A stretch of 64,000 nucleotides of DNA. It comes from Camelus dromedarius. Its lineage: Eukaryota. The position numbers were made by a program, and so were the translations under genes. Location of the stretch: contig NC_087437.1 of the NCBI RefSeq assembly GCF_036321535.1, forward strand, positions 33,792,001 through 33,856,000, in the 5' to 3' direction. Shown one piece after another: positions 50,861-63,595 of this stretch (the first letter of the stretch is position 1; the number at the start of each line of letters is the position of its first letter). The notes beneath the pieces were generated by a model that was not told the origin of the DNA, did not search any database, and was given only the letters and a program-made list of their open reading frames with translations.

Positions 50861-53072
50861 CATTTCATCTTTTTAGATGCCAAAATGGCAGACCACAGGT
50901 CCTGAATATTTAGCACTGAAGTGGAAACTTTATCTGTAGAGTTGGGAACCTTGACTGGAAGCCCTCTAGCCCTCCAGATGCTGGTGAGGACCCCCTTGAC
51001 CTTTGACTCTTGTTTCACAAGGCGCTCTCTTTGGGTTGACAGCCCACAGGCTGCTGCTAGTGGTTTATCCATGGCATTCCAGAAGCCACACTACCCCGGC
51101 CGTCCATCCCTGTGATTGGCCAAATAAATCACATCATCTCTCCCTGAGACTCTTCCTTTCTCTCTCTTTGCAACATTCCTTAGAGTAAACAGTGCCATTT
51201 CAGCAATTTTAAAGGTGACTTCCAATAAAATATGTATGCAGATTTACTTCAGGGCTGGTAGGCTAAGCTATAGATTTATACCAGGTCAACCATGGAAAGC
51301 CCTTCAATTAAAAAAGAAGAAAGAAAATACAGAAAGTATAATTTCCATCAACATTTATCTTTGGATTTTAAAAAAAAAGTCTTTTGGGCTTTTGTCTTTT
51401 TTCTTTGTTTTTCTTTCTTTCTTTTTTTTAAATGTGAATCTATTCCTTCTTACCTTTTTTTTAAATGAGAAAGAAAAAAAGCCTATGAAGAGCAATTGAC
51501 TGGAGCATTTCAATAGCCTGGTTTATAAACCTCTCTTGTAATCCTGGAAATAAAGAGAAATCCTCTCCGTGGCCCACCATTGCTTCACAGGGCCCCCGGT
51601 GCTTTGGGCTGCAGACGTACATGCCTGGCAGCCTTCAGTGCTCGGGTACAATTTGAAGCACAGCCATTGGTCCCCTCCCCCCTTGCTTATGAAAACTGAG
51701 GGATTAGCAGAGCCTGAGACAGACACCCCACTGAGCCGCCAGCATCAGTGAGCCCCACATACATTTTCCTCTTTCTTCCAAACCTCAGTACCCATCTCTT
51801 TCGAGGAAAATGGTCTCCCGTCCCCGTAAATGGATAACCCTTGGCCTCTGCCAAACAAAGGCTGCAGATTGCTTCATACTTTTTATTTGCCAAGAATTTA
51901 TTGGACCCCTTAAAACAAATTTCTGTGGTTGGGGAAACTGTACCCTTTTTGTTTGTTGTTATTGTTTTTAATCTAGGCTGCAGTCCAAAAGTTTGCAGCA
52001 TGAGTGAACAGTTATGCTATGCTTTCTAGTTGTATTTGGCCTGGAAAAAGCAAACAAGTGGGCAGTGCTTTGTGTCACATTATCTACGAGGGGTTTCTCA
52101 TGTTCAGTATTTGCCTTATCTCTAAAATACAACTTGAAAAGGAGAGAATACTAAAACATGAAGCCCCCGATGTTTGCCCCAGTTCTTTGTCAAGTAGCAA
52201 AAGCATTAATAAAATCAAATTTATCTTCATAACACACTGTATCCAGGTAAATGGGAGATATGTTTATCCCACTTTGTGGATGGGTAGACTGACTGGGTCT
52301 GGGCCACACATGATAGGATCACAAAATCAGCTGGAGGTGGATCAGTCAGTATCTGTTGCTGTCCCAGAGTTCTTACCCTTTCTGCACACTCCCTGCCTTA
52401 CAGAATGTGGGAGATGAATTTAATTTTGAAGCATAACACTTTATGTGAAAGCCACTACAGACACAGTGTGTGACCATGACCTGTCAACTTTACAGCTCTT
52501 ACAATGTACCCCCAATGCCACCAAATGTTCCATATTTATCAGAGCTTTTGTTTCAGTCCAAACTAGGAATTGAGTAACAGAGAGGAGAAACATGACACTT
52601 AGAACTACAAAGATAGGTCCTGCTTGCTTCTGTGACATAGCATGTTCCTTTGAAGATTTAATTCATCTGGAAACTACCGCAGGCGTAAAGCCCAGTTTCA
52701 GCTGGGGAAGGAAACAGACAACGGCGTTTGTCATGTGTGGGAGCTGGAAAGATGCACGGTGAAAGTCATGCAGCAAGAGTGCCCCTTCTCTCCTGCCTGA
52801 GCTCTTGCAAGTGAGCTGACCCTGTAATTCTTGGGAAATAACACACTTTGCAGGATGCTGTGAGGAGGGGACATTGGAGGCAGAGCAGACCCTGTGCAGT
52901 GTGTCCTGCTCGGCTCTGTCCTCATGCCTGGCACGTTCTGTGTGGTCACGGGAGGGGGCGCCAGTGGGTGGCTTGCTGCGTGGAGACAGCGGGCAACCAC
53001 GACAGGAAAATAGCAGAACCAGGGAGGAACATGAGCAAAGCCTTTTTCTTTCTTTGGTTGTAGCTTCAAGCT

Positions 53073-53103
<31 letters not shown>

Positions 53104-54479
53104 TCCTTATCGTGGCATCCTTTAGCACCTGTGCATGGAATTAGCAGGGCAATCCGATTATGCCAATAAACTTGTATTCTCCACTCTTTGCACAGATATG
53201 TTAGCCACATAACACATACCACATTTTAATATTCTCTTTTAAGTAAGCAAATGCCAACACCTTTCTGACATCCTGGCTGAGTCATCTCCTACTGACTGTT
53301 TGGAGGAAAAGCACAGTCATGTGAAGTGATGAGAACGCTAGTTGACGTGGTGTGATCCTGTCCCTGGCAGGTGTGCCCCGCCTTATCACCTAAAAACCTG
53401 CAGGTCCAGGGGAGTAAGTGTCCACAGCGAATAGGAAGGTGATGAGAGGACAGGAATCAGTGAGAGTTATATATGCTCCAAAGAAGCAACAACTGTGTCA
53501 AGCCCAAACGCACACTAGATGCCATAATGGGAGATAGTTTGAGAATTTCAGACAGAAACACAAAACTGCTTTCTTCCCTGAGTACTTGGCTGAAAGGGCT
53601 CGGGGCTTCTGAGGAGCAGAAAACTTGTTCACAGGCACCGAGGGCTCTTAATCTTTCTACATTCCAGTGGAACTCAGGTATTGCCAACACTTTCTCTCTT
53701 TCACATTATTCACTGGCATCTCCGCAACCTGGGGTAAAGCCAGCTTGGAGTGAAAGCATTGTGTTCCCCAGCGAGGCTGCTAATCCTTTCATTTTCCAGT
53801 AAGGTAACAGCTATATTTGCTTCTTTTGAAAAAGGCAGCTGAAACAGGAGGGATGTGTGCATGTATTTTAATAAGGACATCTGTCTCCCAGCTGCCAGGC
53901 CCCTGGCACACCCTCTGACCCTTCCCTTCACCGCAGCAGCATCCTGTTTTATCACAGAACTGAAAAGGGAACAGTTCCAGAGGGTTCGGGTGGTGACCCC
54001 AAGGCGACTCTGTTTTCTGTTAACCTTCCTGGACTCCCACTTTGCTTCTGGCCCAGGCCCAGCAAGCTGGCATTTGCTTCCTAAGCAGGCACTGGGCCAC
54101 CAGAACACCAGGCAGGGGCCTCACTGACCAGATCCTAATGGGTCCAAACCCACAATGTCAACACATCTGGCAGCCTGGAATAGCCCCACTCCAGGTTAAA
54201 GGGCTCAGCCAATTTCAAACTAACATAATTATATAAACTGGAGCTTCTGTAGGCAAAGAAAAAGGGTTTCATCTGAAAGGAAATGCTGTTTGTTTCTGGT
54301 GATTTTCCTGGAAGCTGGACACGTCTTTATTTCATGGAGTAATAGACTAGGCTTATAGTATAGCTAGCATTCTCTTTACACCAAGATGTTAAAGACCTTT
54401 GTGATTTCATGAATCCTCATGAGTGAATGCTCTAAAATATTGGCTTCTATACTGATGTCCCTGGTCTTTGGCTAAATAA

Positions 54480-54960
54480 TCAGAAATATAAGAATTATTT
54501 GCAAAGGAATAATACAAATAGAGGAAATATGTGTGTGCATATATGTGTGAATACATATATGTATATAGAAATACATATATATTCAAAGATATTCCTTGTA
54601 GTGTCATTTTAAGACTGGAAACAACATGAATGCCCTCTGTTAGAAAACACTGATTGAACCATAGGAAATTCTCTCAATTGAATAATATTCAGGCATTACA
54701 AATAATACATTTGAAGCTACAGTAGACTTGAAATAGGTTCATCGTGTAATAGGTTTTCAAAAATTAAAATGCAAAATTGTTTTTATGCTAATGATACAAT
54801 TGTGTAAAAATAATAAATGTATATGGGCAAGACCCCAAAGGAAATACGAAAAGCTGGGGGAGGATCTGTAGTTATAGGAGTCAGAAACTTGAGAAGTATA
54901 GTCCTCTTTTGTGTAGATGTTTATTTAATGTCATACTGTTGTTTGAGTGATAAAAGAGAA
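54480..54960 (+). mobile_element. Old L1ME 3' region
   Basis: caaagatattccttgtagtgtcatt...actggaaacaacatgaatgccc...gaataatattcaggcatta. Confidence 0.65.
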
Positions 54961-55459
54961 ACGTAAAAACAACAGTTTTCCACTCCTCGTGGTAACTGCT
55001 TCCTACATTGTCTTCAGTGGGAAATGTAAATTTCAGGTTCACCCGGTAGGGTGCTGTTAGCTTCTGGCTTTGTTAAAAGGATAGAGCTTGGAAGGTTTTG
55101 GATTAAAGAATCCTACAAAGAGAATATAATGTGCTATCCCAGGAAACCCTACTGGGAACACATCTAAGCTCTGCCTTGACTTAAAAAGAATGTCTTCTAC
55201 CCACACGCCACGTGCCCTCTCCCATGCGGCCAGACAACTTTGCAACGCTAGGCCAGTAAGAAAAGTCTGCCCTCACCCCTACTGCCTTCCCCTACCTGAG
55301 TCTGAACCTCTTGGTTGTAGGAAGGTCAGGGTGCTCCTCTGAGGCAGAAACTTGGTGTTTCTAGGCAATAAAAGCACAAACGGTTATTGATCATCTCATA
55401 TGTCAAAGACACCTTGTGAAATATCATGTGTGGGGCTACATCCTGGGAAACAGTTATAG

Positions 55460-55660
55460 TCATGGTTAATACTTATTTGACCAGGCACCGTGCTAAGCAT
55501 TAGACATGCATTATCACATTTGATCTTCACAGCAACTCTCTAAGCTCCATTCCATTAATAGCCCCATAGTACAGATTAAGAACATGAGATGTGAAGATTA
55601 ATCATCTGTTAAATGGAATGAGAATTAAGTAGCCTGTGACCACAAAGCCACACTCTAACA
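55460..55660 (-). mobile_element. MIR SINE
   Basis: ccaggcaccgtgctaagcattagacatgcattatcacatttgatcttcacagcaactct. Confidence 0.8.
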
Positions 55661-56519
55661 AACCCAAACTCTCTGACTTTCTAACTACTCATCTGGGTAC
55701 TTTTTAACTTTTTGCAAAATTATAGCCTCTGAGGCTCTCCCTAGATGAGCTAGTGTGTATAATATGGGCTATGAACTGGGGACACTGGACCTAGGTGCTC
55801 CCAACACGGAGGTGCTCTGTATCCAGGGCAGACAACTCCTACAGGAGAATCAGAGAGAAACCACACAGAGAACAAAAAGCTGGCAGAAGACAGAATAATA
55901 GTCAGATACAGGGATGTGTGTTTCATCTAAAACTAATGGACCGTGGACTCACCCACTGAAAAAGTAATGCCTAAGGCCATGGAGATTGAGTATGGATGAC
56001 AGACTGGCATCTACTTACACAGAGATTGAAAAGACAACTACAAATAACAGCTCAGTTTGAACAAGGAAGCAACCTTGAGCTCAGCAAATGAGAAGGACCA
56101 CCATCTGGAGGTTTAGGGCTTCAGGAAGGGCTAGAAGAGCCTTCGGACCAAAAGCTTCTGGGCCCCAGCGCTTGAAGGGCATGTTTAGGATTTGGGGGTT
56201 TGGCAGAGCTCTGAGTAGCCTGAGTCTAAATTTGCAGCTTCTGCCTGGTGCAAGGTTTATACTTCTAAAATCTTCCCACCAAAATGGAAGTTAGCCATGC
56301 ACTTGAAACAACAGTATATACTGGATTTTGGAATAAGAGGACTAGAGAGGAAGAGGCAGAGAACGCAAATACGTGGGAACCGGGGGTTTTAGTGAAATTG
56401 TCCTCTAGGTAGAAACAAAGAATGGGAAACTGAAGACGAGGCAGTGACCCCTCTGGATGCTGGACCTTTGCACTCGGTCCAGTGAAATGGGGGTTGTACA
56501 GGGCAGGGTGGTGAACAAA

Positions 56520-56730
56520 TCATGGGCCTGGAGTCAAGAGAGACCAGGTTCAGGTTCTAAACGGCCTACTTCCCAGCGATGTGACCTTAGGAAAGTTACT
56601 TCAATTCTCTGAACCTGCATTTCCTCGTCTGTTGCATGAGACCAGTCATACTTGGGTCCTAGTATTGTTGTGAGGTGTAAATGCTGTAAAGTACATGAAA
56701 TACTGGACATATAACAAGTCACTCAACAAA
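56520..56730 (+). mobile_element. MIR SINE
   Basis: ctggagtcaagagagaccaggttcagg...tgtgaccttaggaaagttacttcaattctctgaacctgcatttcctcgtctg. Confidence 0.92.
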
Positions 56731-56929
56731 TTTAGGTCTCTTTTCCTCTTTCCTTCTGAGCATTGCCCTTATTAACCAGGAGATTTATTTGGACCCATCA
56801 GAATCGCCTTATATTTCAAACACATAGTTTAAGAGCCTGAGGCAACAGGATTCTTCAGTCGTGTTTCTCAAAGAAACTTAAAGGTGATTAAATTATTACA
56901 TCTTTTCTTTCCTCTCCACTTCCCTTTCA

Positions 56930-57079
56930 CTGGTGGTCTGCTGAATTTTTCTTACCAGTTGACCGCGCATTGGCAGCTTGCAGTCAGCTGTGGTGGGAAT
57001 ATTTACACCATGGGACTCAGCAAAGGCTACAAATCAGAGCTCTTTTTTGTTTCCAGTGAGCTGGTTTTTCAGCACACTG
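56930..57079 (+). mobile_element. MER63A-like hAT-Blackjack MITE
   Basis: cattggcagcttgcagtcagctgtggtgggaatatttacaccatggga...gctacaaatcagagc...cagcacactg. Confidence 0.8.
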
Positions 57080-58261
57080 CACTCCAACCTCACAGGTGCC
57101 CTAAAGCCTTTCGCACCAACTCTCACCTCCTCCCCATCCACCCACCCGCAGAAGAAACTCATCCTCCCTCACAAGCTTTGCAGCGTCCTTCCTGCTAACA
57201 CGCTCCTCCTCTGCTCAGCACTTTCCCATGTGGACCAGTGCTTCTCTCCAGACACAGAGGACGGAAGCGAGCAGGACTGACAAAGGCAGGATTGTCTCTA
57301 GTGGAATGGGAGAGAGATGCTGTCAGAACCGCACCTGGGTTAATAGTAACAACCTTCCAGAAGGACTGGACGTGAACACTGATCATAGTGACTCTATACC
57401 AAACTTGTAGCACCTTCTAAAACTAGGGCTGAAGGACTCCCAACTCTGGAATTTTTTTACCTTAGGGGGAAAAAAAGAGTCAAAGGAAGCCACTTATTTA
57501 TTTGGGGAAGGAGGCCTTGCTGAGTCTAGCTTTACATTCTCCTCAAGGGCCACGTGCTCCTTGGTCCACTGCCTCAGATGGTACCTGGAATCTGGCTTTC
57601 CTGCCTGTATTTCTTGGAAGGCCTAACCAGACAGGATTTCACAACTATCTGTAGCTCATCTGGGACATGAATGACCCGTTGTACTATACAGGAATAAACC
57701 CAAGAGATTAACATTCCTCCACCAAACAAAACTTACCAAGCAATATAGTTTGCCTGGGGGTGTAGATAGCAGTTTGCTTTTTCAGACTCAGGCCAAACCA
57801 ATGAGCCCATCTAGCTGCAAAGGGTATCTTCCTGTGCTGGTCTTCTACTGGCGGCCATGCAGGGACCTGAGAAAGATGGTCTCCTAGATTGCATTCCTTC
57901 CCTCCCTTTTGTACATCCCTTGAGATTGGTAGGTGTCCCAGGCAAGACAGCACTGGCAATCAACTGTCGTTTGGCAGTGGGATTTTTGTAATTATTAGCG
58001 AAATTTCAGACCATGGGCTTTTTAGAGCCACTGTGTGAGCAGAGAATCTTCTAAGTTCTTCTAAAAGATCTACTTAAGTCTTATTTTTTCTTTCCCTCAA
58101 ACTACATGGTGAGGCAAATAGATTTAATACGCAGGGTTGGCCTTAGGCAAAGGAAGGACAGGAAAGCAACTTTTACTTGGCACTCACTGTATGCAGTCAT
58201 TGTTCTAGGCACAGTACCTCATTTAATCCACACAACAACCTTATGAGAAAAAAATACTATT

Positions 58262-58875
58262 TTAAAGGAAAAAATATACTCCGATGTGTCTCTCCTTTAT
58301 TCTCACATTACCCACTACACTACTTCATTTGTGACACCAGATGTGTAAGTTTTCCACACATCAGGCAATTCTGGGACACAAGCTGGGTGTCCTGCAATTT
58401 AACTCAATTCTGACACTACATGGAGATAGCATCAGATCCCACAGGTTAAGGGGCTCAGTCCTGCAAGACTGTCCCCACTTCAGATCCAGTCACAAGTCCA
58501 GGTTGTCACTGGTGCTTCTGACTAACTGGCTCTAAGTCATGGGAACCTATGACCCTCTCCTTGGGTTCAATTAATTTGCTAGAGTGGCTCACAGAAACAG
58601 TTTAATTACTGGATTATCAATTTATTATAAAAAGATAATGCATACGGCAACATATGGGGAATGGGTGAGGGGTTTCCGTGCTCTCTCCGAGCACAACTGT
58701 CTCTCAGCACCTCACGTGATCACTGACCCAGAAGTTCTCAAAAACCCATCCTTTTGGGTTTTCATGGAGGTATCATTACATAGGCATGGTTGATTAAATC
58801 ACTGGCTATTGGCCATTGATTCAAACTCCACCTGCTCCTCACTTCCCAGAGGTTGGGGGTGGGACTGGAAGCAGT
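58262..58875 (-). mobile_element. LTR, MER21-like
   Basis: gctgggtgtcctgcaatt...ctgacact...ggagatagcatcagatcccacaggttaagg...ttgggttcaattaatttgctagagtggctcacagaa. Confidence 0.85.
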
Positions 58876-58959
58876 CTTAATGGTTTTGTGGAAAATCAGA
58901 ATACTAAATTACATACTATATGATCTCATCTATGGAATTAAAGAAAAAAATGTACAAAA

Positions 58960-60015
58960 GTGATTGGAAACAAGCAAAAGAAGAAGAACCCAATTTAAAA
59001 CCAGGCAAAGAGCGAGGAGGGTATATCTCAGTGGTAGAATTCTTAGATGTACAAAGTCTTGGGTTCAAGTCCCAGTACCTCTATTAAAAATAAATAGATA
59101 AACCTAATTACCACCCCCTGCCACCCCCTCAAAAAAAGATCAGGCCAAGTACTTGAATAGATATTTCCCTGAAAAAATATACAAATGGCCAATAAGCACA
59201 TGAAAAGGTGCTCAACATCATCAGTCAGTAGGGAAACACAAATAAAAAACACCAGATACCATGCCTTCCCACTAGGATGGCTATCGTGAGAAAACTAAAA
59301 GGAAATGGCAAGGACTGGTGAGGATGTGGAGAAATTGGAACCCTTATGGAAACTTTGTGCATTGCTGGTGGGAATATAAAGGGGTGTAGCTGTTTGGAAA
59401 CCAGTTTGATGGTTCCTCAATAAGTTAAATATAGAATTATCATATGACCCAACAATTCCACTCACAGATATAAGCAGAAATGACTGAAAACAGAAACTCA
59501 GATAGATACTTATAAACACATGCTCATATCAGCATTATTTACAATAGCCAAAAGGTAGAAATAACCCAAGTATCCATTATCAGATGAGTAGATAAACAAA
59601 ATATAGTAAACACATACAATGAAATATTATTCATCCATAGAAAGGAATGAAGTTCTGATATATACTGTAGCATGAAATAAAATTTGAAAATATGCTAAGT
59701 GAAATAGGTCAGACACAAAAGGACAAATATTGTATGATTCCACTTACATGAGCTATTTAAAACAGGCAAATTCACAGAGAGAGAAAGTAGAATAAAAAAG
59801 ATTACCAGGGTCTGGAGGGAATAGGAGGTAAGTAGTTATGGCCTCATGGTTGCAGAATTGCTGTTTAGGATGATGAAAAAATCTGGGAATACTTAGTGGT
59901 GATGGTTACACAACATGATGAATGTCCCTAATGCCACTAAATTGTAACATTTAAATATGGTTAAAGTGGTAAATTTTATGTTATGTAAATTTTATCACAA
60001 TAAAAAAATTAAGAT
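58960..60015 (+). mobile_element. L1MB-type ORF2 C-terminus and 3' UTR
   Basis: ggccaataagcacatgaaaaggtgctcaacatc...ggatgatgaaaaa...gtggtgatggttacacaac...aaattttatgttatgtaaattttatcacaataaaa. Confidence 0.93.
59013..59137 (+). mobile_element. Second, more diverged Vic-1-type SINE nested in L1
   Basis: gaggagggtatatctcagtggtaga...gtcttgggttcaagtcccagtacctc...aaacctaattaccacccc...A7. Confidence 0.88.
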
Positions 60016-61443
60016 TAAGTAGTAAAAAAATTGGTTGGAAAAATGTTTCAAAATCTTTTTTTTTAATTTTATTTATTTTTTGCATATTTCAAAATCTTAC
60101 TAATGGTTTCTTCTGGTTGGTCTCTCCCCTCTCTCTCTGTCTCATTTGCATTCTGTATATTTTCCTTAATGCATACATATTCTATAATTTTTGAAAAACT
60201 CTAAATTTCACTTTTCAAAAAAAAGCAACATAGAAAACCAATATGGTAAGATAGAAAATCTATGCTTTCTCTATGTACAAAATACCTTGGGAACACAAAG
60301 GACATTGTGTGGATTTTACTGGGCCTGGCAACAGGCTTGCAAACTAGTTTGTTGGGAGAGCTTATAAAGTGCAGCCATGTGTCCTCTTGCTAGGAAACCT
60401 CTCCTGGAAGGGATGTAGCCCTGGTCTCCATTATTCTGGGGAAACTGTAACTCTATGCTGCAGTCTCCCGCAGAGCAAGACATTCACAGCCTCCAACTTC
60501 AAAGAGTCACTTCCCCCTTGGAATGCAGCTGCCCAGCTGGCTTGGCAGACTCTGCAGAGATTAGAAGGATCAGACAGAAACCCTCCAGTAGAGAGGAGGA
60601 GGGATGGAAACTCCAGCCAGTTTCTTCCCAGGTCTCCCTATCCCTCAGGGCGCTGCCAAGATTCTCCCCTTTTACTTTAAGGAAAGGAGAGAAGCTAGTT
60701 TTGTTATCTTAGTAAACTGGCCTCTGGCCCCTTGCTGCCCTTCCCTTTGTCAGAGAGAAAGCACAAACAGTATTGTGTTATGCTGAAGCCATGCCACTAA
60801 CTTAGAACAAAAGTTCTGGAGCTGGGCCCTGCCTTGGAATTGGATCATCAGGCAAGGACCTGGGGCACTGCTAGTTCACCCAGGATTTTACTCTGACCTG
60901 GTTTGACTGAGAAGGCAACTGAACTGCTAGGAAAGGAAGAAGGTGTGATGAGCCCCCAGTGAATCTGTCACCTCCAGTGCTGCTGCTGCTGAAGGAAGAC
61001 AGGTTTAAATTACAAATCAGGGAGATGTCGACCCTCAATTTGAAGGCCCCTAAGCTGGCAAGGGGGCACATGTGTGAGACTACTAAATAAGATGCTAAGG
61101 ATGAAAATTGCCTTTTCTTCTGTGAATGTGCCCTAGAGATTAAATCTGTATTTAGTTCAGTCATCCAATATGGTCCCAGAGAATAAGCACCAATATGAAA
61201 ACGTTCTCCTGTGTCTAAGAAAGCTCATGGATACATCCCTGGAACTCCATTCTTTTGTTTTCTAAAATCTTGTGACTTCAGAATTGAACTAAGAATTGGG
61301 ATGCAGGAAATTTTAACACTAAACTCTCATTTTCCATGTATTTTTCTCCTTTGTTATGCCCAACTCTCTACTGCAGCAAACTACACACATACAATGTATT
61401 TAGAAGTTAATTCTTTGGGGAATCTGAGATGGAGACTCTGGAC

Positions 61444-61640
61444 CCAGTGGTGTGCCAGAGACAGTGCACAACGGCTTTCGAGAGCCAGTTGTACACATCT
61501 CTTCCCAACTCTGTTCACACATCCATATCATGTTGGTAGCTTGAAATCAGCCAAGGAAGGGTATTGACACATAGAAATTAGCAAGAACTAAAAATCAGGG
61601 TGAGTTTTTTTGCTTGTTTGTTTTTGGAGGCCAAGTGTAA
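61444..61640 (+). mobile_element. MER63A-like hAT-Blackjack MITE
   Basis: cagtggtgtgc...cgagagccagttgtacacatctcttcccaactc...tgttggtagcttgaaatcagcca. Confidence 0.85.
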
Positions 61641-61689
61641 CGCTCAAAACTAAAGATTAAAAGATTAAGTTAAAATCAGCATATTGATG

Positions 61690-63590
61690 GTAGGACCCTC
61701 AAACCCACCTCTTCTCCTCTCCCTGCCCCCAGGTTGCAGCAACCAGGCATTCACCACGAGGCAGGGAATTAGAAATTTATCTCTGGAAAATGAAAGGGCC
61801 ACGGAGATAAAGACTTATTCGTTACTATAATTTGAAATCCCTTAACAAACAAAAAAAGCTGATGTGTCACCCATGGTCAGTAAGTCCCACAAGACTTTCA
61901 GGCAGCTTTTTGTTTCTTACTTTAATCATGAACTTTCATCCAATTTGTTTTAGAAGTTTGTGGAAACCCCCAGTATGAAAACAATAAAAGCTTCGTTTAA
62001 ATAGAGGAAGCAAATAATTAGCAAGGAAAGCTTCAGAAAGTTAAGAGATGATATTGTAACCATAGAATTGAATAGTAGTTTTCCATTATGGCATGACAAA
62101 TAACCAAAAAGTTAGCAGCTTAAAATAACATCTATTTATTATTCCAGAATTTTCATGGGTCAGGAGTCCAAGCATGGCTTAACTGTGTTATCAGCTGCTG
62201 TCAAGGTGTCAGCTGAGCTGTGTTTCTTTCTGAAGCTTGGAATTCTCTTCCAAGCTCATGTGGTTGTTGGCAGAGTTCAGTTTCTTGTGGTTGTAAGAGG
62301 TTGTAGGTCTCTGTTGTGTTGCTGGCTGTCAGCAGGGAACTGTTCTCAGTTCCTAAAGGCTGATTACAGTTCCTTACCAGGTGGTACTCTCATGGGCCTT
62401 GTCCAAATGGCAGTGTCCTTCTTCAAGTCACAGGATCTGCTCAAGTTCAAGGGGAGATTATATTAAAGGGTGACTCATTGGGTCACCATAAGGTGTATCT
62501 GCCACAGTTGCTATGGGAAAGAAACAAATAGAGAACAAGAAAGATCCTGAACATTTAAAGCCAAAAATAATTGCATTAAGTAGAAGAGATAGAAGATAAA
62601 TTTGAGGAAATCTCCCAGAGAAAAGAACAACATAAAGAAATTTAAAATAGGAGAGAAAAGGATTAAAAAAAAAAAAAGACCAATTCGGGAGGCCTAATAT
62701 CTGATGATAAAAGGTCCCCAAAGAGAAAACAGAAAAAAAAAAAAAATAGAAAGAGGAAATGTATCAAAGATATAACACATGAAAATTTCCCAGACCTGAA
62801 CAAGTTTTCAGATTGAAAGGTGCCACTGATGGCCAGCACAATATATGAAAGAGAGAGCGGAAAAAAGAACCCCATTGATAAGGCACACCTCCATGAAATT
62901 TCAGAACACTACGAGTGAAAAGAAAATCCTAGTGGTTTTCAGAGAGGAAAAATAGATCAGATACAAAGGATTAAAAAGCAAAAAATCATCAGACTTCTCA
63001 ATAGCAACTTTGGAAGCCAGAAGGGAATGGAGTAATACCTTCAGGATCCAGAGGAAAGCTGTTCTAACATGAAATTTCAAACCCAGTGGACCAAAACTCA
63101 AATGTAAGGGGGAAAAAAGACATTTTTCCCATCTGTAAAGGCCAAAAAACTTTATTTCCTGTGCATTTTTGGTTAGGAAGTATATTAAGAATTTATTTTT
63201 GGCAATATAAAGGGGTAAAGCAAAAATGAAGGGGATATGGGGCACAAGAAGTGGGAGATCCAGGCCCTCCCCCCCAAAACAAAGATGTACGGGAAGTCTT
63301 GAATATTAGCATACAACAGGCTGACGGAGAACAGTCAAGGTTGGAACAGCAATATAGAGGGTTAAGGGGAAGAAGTTTCCATTAAAGGGGGAGATTTAAA
63401 ACAATAAGGTTATCTGATGTGATTAAATACTTAGAAAATTATAGATATAGGTAATTTGACAGATCTTCTGAAAAATGTGGAGTGGGGAGAATAGTAGTCC
63501 ATATATGAACTTAAGCATAAGTTGCAGGGGAAATGGCAACTCAAGTCCTGAAAAAAAAAAAATCTATAATCTTACAACACTCCTTAGTTT
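61690..63590 (+). mobile_element. HAL1 / old L1 ORF1-type element, split by an MLT1 LTR
   Basis: A-rich decayed ORF1 (gaaaatttcccagacctgaa, tttcagattgaaagg, atgaaatttcagaacact, catcagacttctcaatagcaactttggaagccagaag) followed by a HAL1-like 3' region. Confidence 0.7.
62075..62507 (-). mobile_element. MaLR LTR (MLT1D/E-like)
   Basis: ttagcagcttaaaataacatctatttattatt...gggtcaggagtccaagcatggcttaactg...tcatgtggttgttggcagagttcagtttcttgtggttgta...tctgccaca. Confidence 0.88.
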
Positions 63591-63595
63591 CATAC

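Noticed and set aside
51841..51854. NFI-like TTGGC-N4-GCCAA
   Set aside because: The spacer is 4 bp, whereas the canonical NFI site needs 5.
418..63245. The many 60-140 aa ORFs in the six-frame track
   Set aside because: Most lie in repeats or low-complexity DNA and many start at non-ATG codons. None resembles a protein I recognise except the L1 ORF1/ORF2 remnants.
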